NCBI GenBank assembly: GCA_043228905.1
Contig: JBHGNT010000005.1
Span: 1,674,001-1,738,000, forward strand
Direction of reading: 5' to 3'
DNA length: 64,000 nucleotides
Source of the DNA: Azolla caroliniana
Lineage: Eukaryota; Plantae; Polypodiophyta
Below, one piece after another: positions 37,501 through 54,766 of this stretch. The notes below the pieces were generated by a model. That model made no database searches. It had not been told where the DNA came from and saw only the letters and a list, made by a program, of their open reading frames with translations. Each line of letters begins with the position of its first letter. Within the stretch, counting starts at the first letter, position 1. The translations under genes and the position numbers were made by a program.

Positions 37501-37787
37501 GGCTTACTCTGTTCAATCTTGATATGATAAGAGCACGAGGAAGGAAAAACCATTATTATGTGATTGATATCAACTACTTTCCGGGTATGTGAAGTTGTAT
37601 TTGCAGATTTTTTAGTTGCTATATATGCATTACTTTCATATGTTGTGAACAAAAAATGACTAAGGAGCAACCCAGCAATAATATGTTATGTATATCTTTT
37701 GGTATAGGTTATGGCAAGATGCCCCAATATGAAGAGGTATTCACTGAATTTTTATCGAGCCTTGCCGAAAAGAAGTGTAAAAAGTGA
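34533..37787 (+). CDS. ITPK: Inositol-tetrakisphosphate 1-kinase (ATP-grasp), 10 exons
   Basis: GT-AG exons 34533-35002, 35404-35485, 35573-35605, 35863-35983, 36095-36187, 36416-36535, 36886-37059, 37339-37394, 37500-37584, 37708-37787. Motifs VGYALTAKK, QGPFDVILHK, LQEFVNHGGVLFKVYVIG, VIDINYFPGYGKMP. Start codon uncertain. Confidence 0.93.
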
Positions 37788-40639
37788 CGAGAATGGATCT
37801 GATGGATTATATTGAAAATATCTTTACATCCTCACATTTGTTCATATCTTGTGGATATGGATCTTTGTTTGGATAAATGCCTTGTTTCTTCATTGGGCTT
37901 CGGGGTGGTCATTTCGGTTGGCCTTATCATAACATGTCCTTCCATGTAACTAACTTCAACTGTCACGTGTCATGTGAGAGGATGGAAGTTCACTCTCAGA
38001 TCCCAATGGCACATCTAGTACTTGTGAATGTGTGTAGAGGTCCGAACAATTTATATATACACCTTATAAACTGTTGATATACAATACAAATAAAATGCCC
38101 TTGTGCCTTTTCCTGCTTTATTTTTTGTACCTCGTGTTTGGTTCTATGCTCATTATGCGTAAAAGTTATGAGAGTAAGCGATGACCACAAGGTTATCGAA
38201 ACATAGGGCATTGTCAATTATTATTACTAGCTTGTCTCAAGTTGCACATTGCCAACATTAAAGTCCGTGGTTTGTTCTTTTATCCTCTGCTTTTTATTGG
38301 TAAATTACACCGACATAAAAGCATTTTGAGAGTGATTAGATAATCAAATGAGTAAATGATTAGATAATCAAATGAGTAAATCATGGCACTGGAACTTGAG
38401 AGTCGTCACATAATCAAATGAGTATATCATAACTTTTGAGATATGTATTGTCTCCTAGGGTCCTTCATGACTGACTGTATTCAGATGTCAAATTGATATC
38501 GAGCTGTCATGGAGTACAGAAGGCTTGGCTTTTAGCTTCATCGAGTACAAAAAAGTTGGGTTCTTTTATGAATTTTACGTTTTCCCGAGTGTAAATAGAT
38601 ATTTTCTTTTGCTACGGAAAAGTAGTACCTGGATTTCTTAGGATTTTATGCCATGCTTTTTAAAGGCAAGAGTCCTTTTCCATGTCTCATGGCAGCATGC
38701 AAAGGAAACCTCCTCAAACGTACTCAAAGAGATCCCCCAATGAACCAAAACATCTTTAGAAAAGCATATGTCCTTTCAAAAGCAAGCAAATCGTATCCAT
38801 AATCAAATCTAAGAAATTTATATTGTAAATGTAATTTAGATTTCTTGAGTAAAAGAGATTGTTTCCCACCTCTCATATCCCACATGGGAGTTTCATTGGA
38901 ATCTTATGCTTACTTTTCTCATGGCATGCCTTTCTTTGACGCGCATTGCCCTAATATCATCAAAGTTGTTTAAGTGTACAAGCTCTCACGTTGTTGTTTT
39001 AAAGGAGTCTAGCAAATAGCAAAATTGTTCAAGGAAGCTTTATTGAATTGAGATTGTCGATAATGTTAGTGGTGTGATGCTTCGTCTTCTCAATGCCTCG
39101 TCATGCAAATAAAGCTTTGAATTTTGCAAGTGAACAAGCTACATCTTAACAAGTATATTATTTGCACATATCTTTGTTCGAAAAAGATCACACTCTCCAA
39201 GAGACACTCGTTTTTTCAACAAGATATTTTTGGTTTAAAGAAGTGCCAACTACCCTCTTATGTATGGTCAATGGAGAGTGCGGTTGAGTTAATCAAGTAG
39301 AGGGGTTACCCATTGTGGTTACAAGCCAGTATACTATTGGAACCTAAGACACTATTTTAAGGTTAGCTTTGGGTCTCATGTTCCTTAATTGCATCTATTT
39401 GTATTCATTTAGGAGCCAATGAGCTAGATCTCTAGTTGCATCTATCATGCCCTCAATTATAATTACATGTTGACACTCGATATAATCTATGCAACAATGA
39501 TTAAACAATCTATGTTTGTGCTCAATCATGGGAAGCAACGTGGATAACTTTAGCAAATGGCATTGGAAATGGAACTCTTGACAAAGTGATGCCATGGTGA
39601 TAAATAATGTTGGAGCGCAATATCGATGGTCCTAGTATGTGGATTCTTGGAAAATGATGAGGCCCCATGAAACCACTCCTTTTCTCGCCTATCTCCTTCG
39701 TACAATGTGACTCGTGGCCTTGCACTACAATCCCAATATTGTAAGCCTACATCTTCAGATTCCCAAAATATGCTTCTTATTATTTACACTCTATGCCCCT
39801 AATTAACTATCCTATAGTTTTAGGGATTTACATTTCTTGATTTATGTGTCCTTTTTATGTCCAACTACATACATATCCATCTGTTGCATGGCTATTTTCC
39901 TATGGGCATGATGGGTTGAACATCTTGGTTGAGTGACGTGGGTTATCATGAAACATTACTAAATATGTTTGAATTGGAAGAACGGTTTGGACCACTACAC
40001 TTAAATATTTGGCTAAGGTTGGGGGAGGAGACACAAAGAGGGTCAATTGAGTCCATGGTTGACAATTTAGGAACAAAGGCACACAACTAGGACACACTCG
40101 GGTAATGTGATTTATGAGGGAAAGGTGATGTAAACTAGATGGGTCGAACTAGGGTTGGATCACTTGCAACCTAATTAATGAGAGAATGAATGTTTCAAAC
40201 ATGGTGAAATGGAGGAATAGTTGTTGAGTGATTGATGTGCTTGATAAATATGTGTTTGATAAGGTGCAAGTTTAGTCATGTTTTTATTGTAGTTGCATAT
40301 GTCATTGTCATCAACTTGGTCACAATTATCTAGATCCACAAGGGCAACAAAGAAGGGCAACAAAGAGGTTCTCTCTTGTAGTAGTTCAAAAGTAAGAATC
40401 ATCAAAGTATCTAGAAGTGTATCGTGCTACCTCTTGGTTGTATTCATGGAGCTTCTGGCTAGTGCCACCCCATAAGATGATTGGCAAATTTAGGTCGTCT
40501 TTGTCAATGATGTCGATGATGGTGTAAGTCACGTATGCTACATCCCTTAGTGTGATTGGCCATATAAGGGGGAGTCCTCGTGGTCAGAACCTAGCCTCCC
40601 TTTTCTCACTTCACAATACATTTATTGAGAAAAAAATCC

Positions 40640-40970
40640 CCATCTACCTCTATATAATGTTGCAATCCACAATCCTAAGCGAGGACATAGGAAATGCAAT
40701 CCACAATCCTAGTCGAGGAAGTAGGGACTGCAATTCACAATCCTAGCCTACCTCTATACAAAATTCTATCATTGCAATCCACAATCCTGGTCGAGGAAGT
40801 AGCGATTGCAATCCACAAATCCTAATCTACCTCTATACAAAATTCTATCATTGCAATCCATAATCCACAATCCTAAGCGAGGAAGTAGGAAGTGCAATCC
40901 ACAATCCTAATCGAGGAAGTAGGAAGTGCAATCCACGATCCTATATCTACCTCTATACAATTCTACCATT
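40640..40970. repeat. Composite tandem repeat upstream of ROP
   Basis: Repeated TGCAATCCACAATCCTA..CGAGGAAGTAG units interspersed with TACCTCTATACAAAATTCTATCAT. Confidence 0.85.
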
Positions 40971-41121
40971 TTTGGTCCATGGCTAAACAAAAACGTTCTT
41001 GGATTAGTGTCAACTAGTTTCTACTACTATTATTACTACTATTATTTCTAGTAGCTGTGCTCTGCAGCTCCCCCTCCCCTTAGTGTGAATCCATCTCTCA
41101 AACTTCTTCCTTCTATGGGGG

Positions 41122-41162
<41 letters not shown>

Positions 41163-41319
41163 CACTCACTCATCTCCTCCTGAAAATTACTCTGTTTTCC
41201 TTGCTTCTATTTGGGCACCTCTGTCTGATCTTCTTCGCCTCTGTTTAGACGCTCTTCGACATGGCAACTATGTAGAAAACGAAGCAAGAAGGCAGAACAA
41301 GAGGAAGAAGAAGAAATAA

Positions 41320-44104
<2,785 letters not shown>

Positions 44105-47100
44105 TGAAATGTGGGAAAATCAAAAAAATATTGGAGGAATCGATAGAGATTTTTTATCGTGGTCTTAAATTTTAAAGGGGATGGGTGGATGCTATTACAT
44201 TCAATTTTGGACTTTCCTGTGGGATTTGAGTCCTTACTCATAATTTTCTGAGTGTTCCTTGATTCACTAGGGAATTGTTTTCACTTCATTAGGACCCATT
44301 TCCAATTGGAAAGGCTACATGTTTTGGGGGCGGTTTCGAGAAAGTGAGTCAAAGATAGAAAATTGGACTATCTTTGCTTCACTTATCCACAGACATTAGA
44401 AGGGATTAGTGTTAGACACAAGAGGCAATTGATAAAAACTTAAAATTATTATCCAGTGTGATGATCTATAACATGCTCATTGTCTAGTATTGACCGCCAC
44501 TCAAATGTGTTTTGGTGTTTGAGATAAAAATACATGTATTAAGTTGGAGAAGGTTGTATTCATTTGTTCAATTCTTTTTTTTTTCCTTTTATGCCAGTAA
44601 AGAGTCATAGAAATTTGGGGATTCCAATGATATTATTTATTGTAGTGCTTTGCTTTAACAAAAAAGAAATGCTAGATGAGAAAACATGTACCCAGAAGTA
44701 ATCAGAATCCTGGGAACTTAATTATCTTATCTATAGAAGCCTTAAGAGGTTCCAATCCAGAATACACTCCCATGGAAAATGTGTTTACTTATATGTAACA
44801 AGAAGAATTTTGTTTTACCAGTCCTTTTTTTATGATTGAAGAACGCAACTAATAAATTACTAACTTGTAGGTTACTCTTTGCTAAATCAAGGAAAATGTC
44901 ATGTAAACCGTGAATAATAGAACGGTCTTGGGCCTTGATGCTTGAAAGGAAAAACCTTGGTTGATGAATATTTCAATGAGTTATAAGTCTTATTCATCAA
45001 GAGATATATATGTCTCATATGACCTTCATATCTTGAACACAATGTCTACTCATGCAGTTCAAAACTTAATTCTCTTTCCCATTTGATTCTACGTGTTCTC
45101 TGCTGTTGAGGTTTCCAATAAAGCATGTCTCTCAGTTGGCAATGATAGTTTCAGGTAACCTCATTCCAGATTGGCTATCATGTAGACCTTATGGCTAGGA
45201 CCCAAAGTTATAACTTATCAGTCAGCTACATTATGATCATGCAATTGTAACAATTCGTCTTTGAAAGTTCCAATCAGTCCATTGAAACACTTTCACATCA
45301 GCAAATTGGGGATGCACACGGACTACACTAATTGGGAATACTCAATTGAGACACAAGAAGTAACAATGTGGAACATAATGAATCGCATCCAATTTCATAT
45401 GAAACCGACAATGTGGTTGACCTTAGAAACCGGTAATAGAAAATTCTTTCCTGTTTTAGGCGGAAATCCTACCCAATTGATAACACCGAAACAAATCCCT
45501 TCACAAAGGCTACCGTTTCCTCCAGATCTTTATCTGAAGTTAGGTCAGCACCCTTGTTTTTAATGAACTAAGTTTAGTTTGCTGCACTTCAATAAGCTTG
45601 AGCAGACCAGATGAAGAGTCACGGGCTCCAAATCAGGTCACTTAAGCAATAACAAAAAGTCACTTATCAGACTACACATGCCCATTGCATTTTCTATCAT
45701 TCATTGTTATTTATAATCAAGTCATAGTGATCACATGTTTAGGTCACCGATGTTCTCTAGGGTCTCGAACTAGAATGCTGCCTTTAAAAAAATATGACAA
45801 TCAGGATCTAGATAGAGTTTTGGCCGAAGAACTATGGGGAGTCAGTAGTCAAAGTATACATGTTTGGCACACCCAGTATTCTTAATGGATTTGTATGTAG
45901 CATTTGAATTACATACGGATTTAGCATAGATTTGTTTATGCCACAGCAGCACACAAAGACCTTCAAGGAATGTGCCGAGAAAACTAAAATGCTTGACATA
46001 GTCTGCAGGACTGAAATAAAAAATATCTCACTGACCTTTTTTTCACCACTTGAATGACGTTAACACATTTTGCAGTTCAACAATCTCCTATAGACCGATC
46101 CACATGCATGTTCCAGTCCTATACAGTACACTCATTAGTGCACTGTTTTACTATTTGCATCATCATGATATCCCTGTCTACTAATTATATGTGACGTTTC
46201 GAACATACATTGTGATTTCTTTTTAGATCATAAGTGCCATATTTTGATGATACCCCATATAAGCCAGTGAAAATAACTCAGATGGTACGGTACCATTGGA
46301 AATAGAAGCTTTGCATGGTCCGTTCCTAGCCTGAAACAAATTTTAATCTTCCATATTCAATGCTTGTACCACGCATATAATCATTGGATTCCTGTGAAAA
46401 CAATGCTGCTTGGAAGAGGAAGGAATAGGTGATGTGTGACACCTAACTTTTGGTTTCACTGGTCCTGAAGAGCAGATTAATTCATGTCATTATCTTAACA
46501 CCAGTACATGTATGTGTCAACATAGCTCCACATGTGCGTATTCCCTACCATTTAATCAACCAAAAAAGGTATCATATATCGATTCCCCTTCTCTGAGGTA
46601 TCAAACTATATTTAGAGAGAGCTTTACTTGCACCATTTTATCCCTGAATGTAACCTAGAGATGTAGTAGTACATGCTTTGAATAGGAAAGAAAAGTAACC
46701 AATGACCAGCTTCTGGGCAAAGAGTGCAATAAATATTAATCCGGCTGCTTCATTTATTTCACATGCCACCGCATTGTGTGTGTACTACACTCATTGATTG
46801 TATAGATTTAAACTTTTTGCGTGTTGTCTTTGCGTCATGATGAGCCTCGAGTCATAATCATAAGCATGAAGGAAAACCAAGGGCGACATGAGATTTGAAA
46901 GAAACATAAACACATACATATATCATAGTATTATCTCAAAATAGTGGCTGGCATTGGAAATAGCAGGAAGGTCCTGATCTTTTTAGATAGCATGGATACA
47001 AATTTGTCCACATCAATCTATAATCCACAAAACCCGTGAACCACCTTCACTCATATACATATATTATGCATGTAAGATCTACCAAGGTGAACAATAATAG

Positions 47101-47291
47101 CCTAGTTCTATTTCATGATGATATTGTGATAAAATTAGTGCTTATGTTGTCTGCCCTTTCATATCCATCTAAAAAGATCAGGATGATATTGTATGGAAAC
47201 TGGGACGTTTCCATAGAAGGAAACAATTTGAACTCCTACTCTAGTTTTGCTTGATTCCAATTATGTTATGTCTCTCTTGTGAGCCAAGTTT

Positions 47292-49018
47292 TTAGCCTTG
47301 CGATTTCTGTAAGAGCTGCCTGAGGTTCATGGGGACAATCTCACCGCTGCCACCATGGAACACAGCCGAGGCAATGAGCCGGTTTGTAGCTTCAGTTGGG
47401 TGGAAAGCATCCCAGAACACATGGCGGTCCCTATCTGGACAAAGGGTGGAAATTCCTGGAAGACACGTGATCAATCCCCGGTACTTACCCACTCCGCAGC
47501 AACCCGATTTGGTCTCTGTGAAACCTGAAACAAGATTCATACAAATACATAACCAGAACCCGACATTAGCTACATCAATTCTAAGGTTAGGATCGCACAT
47601 TCGAGGAAACTGTATTCAGATCATGTCAGGGCTAAATGTAGGTATATATATATATATATGACAGTTTCATCATAAGGAATAGTTACCGTAATTCGATGGG
47701 TGTTGCAGGATGTCCTCGAACTTCTCATACACTTTGCCATAGAGGAATGTCGCCCCTTTAAGCCGAGGATCGGCATTGAGCTCACCCACCAGTTGGACGA
47801 CCTCTGCATTGAATCCCTGGATGAGCTCATTGATGTAACCCACGCAGCCTCCGTCCTTACTCTTCGTGGCCAGTTGGTTCGGAATGCAACCCAATGGACC
47901 CACACCAGATATCAAGAATCTCCTTGCTCCCAATCCATACAATGCCTATCAATGCATAACAATGGGGACACAAACAACACATATAGGTATGTTTCCAAGC
48001 AGATAACAAACAAATCTAAGAACCCAACAATAGGGGAATGAGACATTCCGATCTGATTACCATAAGTTGCTTGGCGAATTTCTGGGCTACAAAGAGCTTG
48101 TAGGCATCTGGGGTATACTGTTGGCTGTATCCGGTGGAATTGATGAGGTAGTTGTTCAGATAGTCGTTGCTCCCAAATACAATCGCAAACAGGGATTTGG
48201 ATACATAATCAGTGAGCGGTGCACCCTGACCGACAAGCCCAGACAGCTCTTGCATTGTATCTTTGAAGTTCTCGATCTGGGTGTCGAATGAAAGCCGCGA
48301 AATCTGCAGGAAAAGAACGCACCATAGTCATGTGTTGTGAAGTCCTAGGCTTCAAATGAGGACTCGAGATTGAGATTGAGATTGAGAGAGAGAGAGAGAG
48401 AGAAACAGGAGGTGAGGAACATACGTAGTTCTTTCCAGATGAATCTAAGATACCACCGGCGCCAGAGGCGTAGTTGACACCTCGCAGGATTGCATTGCCA
48501 TGCGACTGAGGATTGAGATATGCAGGTACAAATGGAAGCCCAAGCATTTCACCTTTCAAAATCCAAGAAGAAGAAGAAGAAGAAGAAGAAGAAGAAGAAA
48601 CCATACCACAGATTCAGTTCTCGTTCACTAACAGAAAAACGGGATTGTTAAGACTGAGAAAACAGTCGCCACAAACCACATTGTCAACGGCATAGCTATG
48701 GATTCTTTGTTTCTGTCTACTGTTTTAGTACGCCATGAATGATGAATCATACTTAGCTGAAGCCTGAGACTTACCCACGAGATCGAGGACTGTCCGTCCA
48801 TTGCAGAACCTTCCTGTTGGGCCCAGCGGGAAATCAATGCCGTAAGGGGCGAAGTTGGAGCGGGCGAGCGAAGGTATGAAGTTGTTGTTGCCGTCGTCGA
48901 CGAGCGAGTCACCGAACACAAACATAGCAGGAACCAGGGGCTCACTACTACTCTCCTTCTCATCGTTTCCTCCTCCTCCTCCTCCTTCCTCTGTCTGGGA
49001 TGGAGCAGACAGAGCCAG

Positions 49019-49057
<39 letters not shown>

Positions 49058-49141
49058 GAAGCAGCAGCTCCACAGCAGGAGGAGCAATGGAAGGAGCCTG
49101 AGGATGGTGCTGGGAAGCACGTGCATGGACGGCGTCTCCAT
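47292..49141 (-). CDS. GDSL esterase/lipase (SGNH), secreted, 5 exons
   Basis: Exons 49141-48775, 48552-48425, 48303-48061, 47945-47687, 47524-47292. Hydrophobic signal peptide. Motifs [42 protein letters not shown]. Confidence 0.95.
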
Positions 49142-49576
49142 GGCTGGTTAGCTAGCTACAGCCAAATATGTATAGCAATGGAAGCAAGCTACTTCCTTCC
49201 TAGGTTTGCAAGAAGCTGGTTAAAAAACAGAGTATGTAATTACTTACTACTCGCTACAGGACTAGCGATGGAGCTTGCTATCTCTAGCCCTGCAAGAAGC
49301 AAGAAACAGAGCAGTACCAGACAGAGCTTGATGGAAGCAGCCAAGCCTGAGATGAGAGATTGAGAGTGCATGAAGATGGAGATGGAGATGGAATCATTGC
49401 ACCCCTCCATGTAGGATTTCCTGTATTGTTAAATGGAGGGGGTGTGGTGGTGGCGGTGTTAGGGTTAGGGTTAGGTGAGATGGTGACAGCAGAAGCATTA
49501 ACTGCCATCACTATCCATGTATACATACATATATATACATCACATCCATCATTAATTAAAGCCAATTACTTTGCAT

Positions 49577-49680
49577 GATGTGTGTGTGTGTGTCTGTATA
49601 TGTACATATTATGTATGTATGTATGTATGTATGTATGAATGTATGTATCTATGTATGTATGTGTGTGTATGTATGTGTCA
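49577..49680. repeat. TG/TATG microsatellite
   Basis: Direct reading. Confidence 0.9.
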
Positions 49681-51849
49681 GTCACATCACACATATATTT
49701 ACCGACACAGATTTATTTATTTTTATCCATGCGAAGCTTTAATTATTTTTTACATTATGCATATATCTCGGTCTATCTATCTATGATTATGCATACATAT
49801 ATGGCTATGGCTATCCATGTATGTATATGTATATGTACATACATATATATTGCCATAGGTTTGGAGTCATGGTTTATGGGGTCCAATACCTCTTTTGAGT
49901 TATGGCCATCGGGTTTTGAAGTTTGTTTTGCTAGGAATCGGGATCCATGAGTGAACGATACGTTCGTCCGATCCTTTCCTTGTCATGGGCTCCAACCCCT
50001 CATAGATCGCAATCTGTCTCTCGCGGTCATTAACAAGACATCCATCTCTATCTATCAACCTCGGCACACACCCTCCTTGCTTCTTCATTCATACTTGTCA
50101 TGTCCTTTGCTATCATCAATGCTCCTATAAATGCAGTCATCTTTCGCATTCAAGAAAACTAGGAAACATCGCATCACGCATCTCCCTCCCCGCGGAATCT
50201 TTCCACAAAAACACGACACATGAAATTGCCTTGCTTGTTGCCTTCTCAATAATCTAGGTGGGAAACAACTCTTGAATTTGCTTGCCCGCACCCAATATTT
50301 CCATCCTTTCAAATCATTTTGAGATTGAGATTTTGACCATATAAATACTCTATTCGTCCAATTTGAAGACAAAGGTTGTCATGATCAAAATAAGCATATT
50401 GCATCACCTATGGCATAAAGCTTCGTCCATCGGTGGAATAATTTTTGTTAGATGCAATCCCTCGTCCCTCTTCAGAAATAAGAGCTCCAATAAATAAAAG
50501 TTCCTAGGATTGATATGTATTCTCCTTGGACGGTTTATTTGAATCAATGATTACTATAAATTACTAGAAATTAGCAATCAAGTTAAGGATCTAACTTTTC
50601 TTTTACTTTGATGCATCTTTCAACATAGAGTGTGTAACCTTTTTTTACTTTGCTAGTAAACGTTGATGCAATAAAAGCAATGAGACAACAATAAGGTCGC
50701 ACCATTATGACCTTAGAAAGGCTTGACCTAGCCGTGAGACAATTGTTTTCTTATCTATATTCATACACTGCAAACAAATAACGTACTCAAGGTAGTACAT
50801 AAAAAATTGGAAAGTTTCTCTCTTATAAAGCTCGTACTTCCTTCATAGTTTAAAGACAATGCTCCTTTACGTTTTAGACTACAAATAACATGTTGTGACA
50901 AATAGCAACACCTTCTCCTAAGTAGGGTAATAAGATATGCGTCAAACGACACCCAAACATTTACCCAATATTATGTTGATTGTGAAGAGTTGATAATGTC
51001 CATAGAGGCAATTATTGGACCTGTGCCAAAACGCTTGAAAAGTGCTTAAGGTGTGTGGTAAAACCCAATGAGTCAAAGTACTTTTGAAAGTATCAAGGAA
51101 ATTGAACCACAGATGTAGCTTATGGGTTAGTTGGTGCAAGGGTGCTACAAGGAAGGCACTTTAAGGCGATAAATGCAAAGTAGATTAATAAGGGTTTCTT
51201 CCTGTCAGCACCTCCTACAAAGTGACCAAAGCAATTCTTTTTGTAGCAAGACACTAGTATATATTGCTATAGACTAAATATTCCTTACAATGCAACAATT
51301 TATTCGAATACCTTTTTGACTTGTTTCCACCAATGGATGTTGCTAGAAAATAAAATCCTTATGAGTGTGTTATGTAGTGAGGTGACATGTTTGATGCATG
51401 CATGTTTAATAAAGACTATGCTCCATGGCACATTGATGGATTGTGTTAATACATTACTTGTTATTATTGAGTTACGTGGTGTACTCGATGAGGTAATATG
51501 AAGACATTGTTGAAGCATGTAAATGCATTCTATAAATGTTGTTTGTTATTTTAATAAGAGTATTATCTACATTGGAGGCTAGTTTCCCCAAGTGTCCATG
51601 GGCATCTTTTAATAAATTGTCAAACTGCATTATCCCATAAAGACTTTTTGAAACCAAGCTCCAAGAGTGCCGAAAGTAGGTCTACGGGGAATGTTAATCC
51701 AGGAAAGGGGCAATGACCTCAAATGGCACTATCCCTTTCCCCTACTACCTTCATTGCACAATGCAAGTTTTCCACTACCATCACGATTACTCTAGCGTGA
51801 TATAGGCTATACACTACCACTATGTCTATCCTTAGCATGACATAGGTCA

Positions 51850-52150
51850 TGCGTACCATGGATTTTGCAATATTAATTGCACAACATCTTTTTACTTTCA
51901 CGACGAGACCAAGATATATGGAAAGGAATAGTTACCGGCACACGCCTTCGTTCTGTTGGCCGACCCAACCCAACGCATTTGTCACACCCTTTCATGTTCT
52001 TTTTCCATTGTTGGCTACAACCACGGGTTGCCTTAGCTATGGAAAGGAATATCATTCTTCTATTATGCCATCTTGCTGAGCTCTTTTCAAGGTTCCACTA
52101 TTTTGAAAAACGTCGCCTTTGCATGTAGGGCATATCCGCGAGTATTAAAG
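51850..52150 (-). mobile_element. Possible highly decayed gypsy integrase zinc-finger relic
   Basis: PWL*PTMEK..KGCDKC..LGRPTERRR.P resembles WPTM..CDxCQ..G.P. Requires frameshifts. Confidence 0.35.
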
Positions 52151-53231
52151 AATGAATGCTTATGATAGATGGATGCTCTAGAAACCGAGGTTTGTAACGA
52201 GAATATGATGGTAGAAGAGGGTGGGGCATGATGAGGACATGTCCGGGACAAGGGAAGTATGGATCTGTCGGACGGACGAGACATATGCATCCACGTGCCC
52301 ATCATTATGGTTCATTCATTCATCACGTTGGGTAACACTTAACTCTATACATACATACATGATATACATTATACATATATGTACATCAATATAATTAAGA
52401 GAAGCTCATGCGAAATAGAAGCCGATAATAGTGAACCCGGGTTCGAATCTCGTTTAGCGCCTGGACCTGGTCTGGTCTAACCATGGATGATCTCTGCCGA
52501 AGGAGAAGGCCATAGCTTCTTCGCAGACTGCAGCCCATGGACCAGCAACAAGCCCCTCCAGGTAAACTGCTCTTTCCGTCCCTTCTCCTCCATGGCCAAG
52601 CTTCCATATCAGCGCTCGCTGGCTTAACAATTGTTTCCCTCGATCTCCATCGTCCAACGATCGTGTATGATTTCGATGTACGCCCATTGTTGATCAAGCT
52701 CATTCTGTTAAACAGACAAAATACAGGGTTGAATGGTTTTTCTGGACGAGATTTTTTAGGCACGGCAAATGTAGTATTCCTCGTGATATAAATCTCTATA
52801 CATCTTTTGGCTATGGTAGAGACAAATGTCACACTTTCATAAGACCACAGCTTTCTGAGTTGTAGCAGAGCTACGGTTGTGTGTCTTATTGAAATCTATA
52901 AGTTTATAGCCATGGTTTCAACAAATGTTGCACATTCATCCACAGTGTTTCTAACTACGATGGATGTAGTGTTGCTCGTGAAGTTAATCTGCATACATTT
53001 TTTTGGAGAGTAAAGGAAAATAATGTATAGCTAAATAGCTACATTTCTCTTCACATGGTCAGTAACAACTGAAAGAGACTGACTGTAAGTAGAAACAAGA
53101 ATTTTGAAATATGGTAGAGATAGTATTGCACGTGGTTTATATGTTTAATGGCTATGTTGCTTGCGTTTTATCTATTCATAAGACTATGGATGTGCATTTA
53201 ACATAGTTTTAACCTTAGAAGTGACTTGCAG

Positions 53232-53680
53232 AATGAGAATTCTGAGGTATGGCAGAAACTATATCGCGTATGACATAAATCTTTAAATAACCACACTTTT
53301 GGAAAATTCTCAATATCCGATGTTACAGCATATAACATCTTGTTCTAATCCCATATATTTACAAGAGAATTGCAGAGAGAACGAAGACCCAGAGGAACTG
53401 AAGAAATAGGTTGAGACATGGGCTGGAGAAGGGATAAGGGCCATGATTCGTTCCAGAATAGAACCTGATGATTTGTTTAACACATACAAATAAAATAAGA
53501 ATCTTTGAAGAAAATTTATTTCAAGATGGGGCGAAAGGGGTTTTCAAAGTGGAGAAACCTTCTCAAGGAAAACCAAACCATTTGACAGGATAGAATCAGT
53601 AAATATCTTCTTACAAAGACCCAGAGGAGACTCTACCACAAAGACCCAAGGTAGCTACATTCTCTGTGTATGGGAGAATG
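53232..53680 (+). pseudogene. Destroyed trihelix (GT-1) DNA-binding-domain exon
   Basis: From 53401: KK*VETWAGEGIRAMIRSRIEPDDLFNTYK*NKNL*RKFISRWGERGF[deletion][8 protein letters not shown]. GT-1 consensus: [43 protein letters not shown]. Confidence 0.85.
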
Positions 53681-54766
53681 GCCTTCAATAAAAATCCCAT
53701 GGCCTTTACTTCTGTTTGAATATGAGTGAACTTGTTGCAGAAAATGTTATTTTTCCTCAGCTGAAAAAACAAAAATGCCTATAATATTTGGCTTTTGTTA
53801 GGGAAAACTACCAAAAATATGCTTATATGTTACCGAATCTAAAAGAGTATGTTGATTTATTTTTCAAATTTATGGACGCATGCATTGTTCTCATTCTAAT
53901 GAATCTTAATGATTGTCTAGCCTATTGAATCTTAACATTTGGTATATTGTTAACCCTAAACCTAGTGAGTGGATACTTACCATCCCCATGAACCTCGGCT
54001 CTCGGAGAGCCCTACACTTCCTCGAACTTGCTGTTAGATGTTGAGGTAGCATCATGGCATCATCGCCCAAGTATGAAGATATGCAAGGTATGCAATGAAA
54101 ACCTAGTGAAGGATGGTGAGCACATATCTGCATGCATTGTTTTCACGTAGAGAGTTTTCATTACAAAGTAGTAACTTCCTTTCTTAGGAAGATTTACATA
54201 CAAAATGATATTTTTATACAGTTCCCTTGTGGGTGATAAAAAATCTATTCTGATCTAATTTAATCTTATCATGTAATATAAGTCTTAAAATTCCATCGAT
54301 ACCATACATGTATTGTATGATATGACTTAATAACCTTGTCTTTTCTATGCTCAATCTAGACTGTTTCTGCTACCCCACTTACAAAGCTTCTCACTCTCTT
54401 GGAGGCTGATCATAATCTTTTACTGGGTCATTTAAATGCATTGTATCTCACTGCTTGGTTCCTTTGTCATTCTATTAAAGATGGTTGGGCCCTTGATTTT
54501 GGGTAGTCAATATGACAATATGCATCACTTCGTTTTGAATCCCAGTCAATTTATGATGAAAATTTGGGCCGTATGCTAGAGCGACCTCATCTTTATTTCT
54601 AATATTGGCTGATAAGTATTACATTTCATCTTTTTCTTTGCCAAATGTAGTTATAATCCCATAAAGATTTGTTTTTTAATTTGTAAGGTAGAGTCACAAA
54701 CTTTATCTGGATGCATGGGAACTTATTTATGTAGCATTCTGAAATTGATGTTCTGAGACTTCTGAT

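Noticed and set aside
44900-46900. Intron-like sequence with possible - strand splice sites between ROP and GDSL
   Set aside because: No coherent exon chain or ORF could be built.
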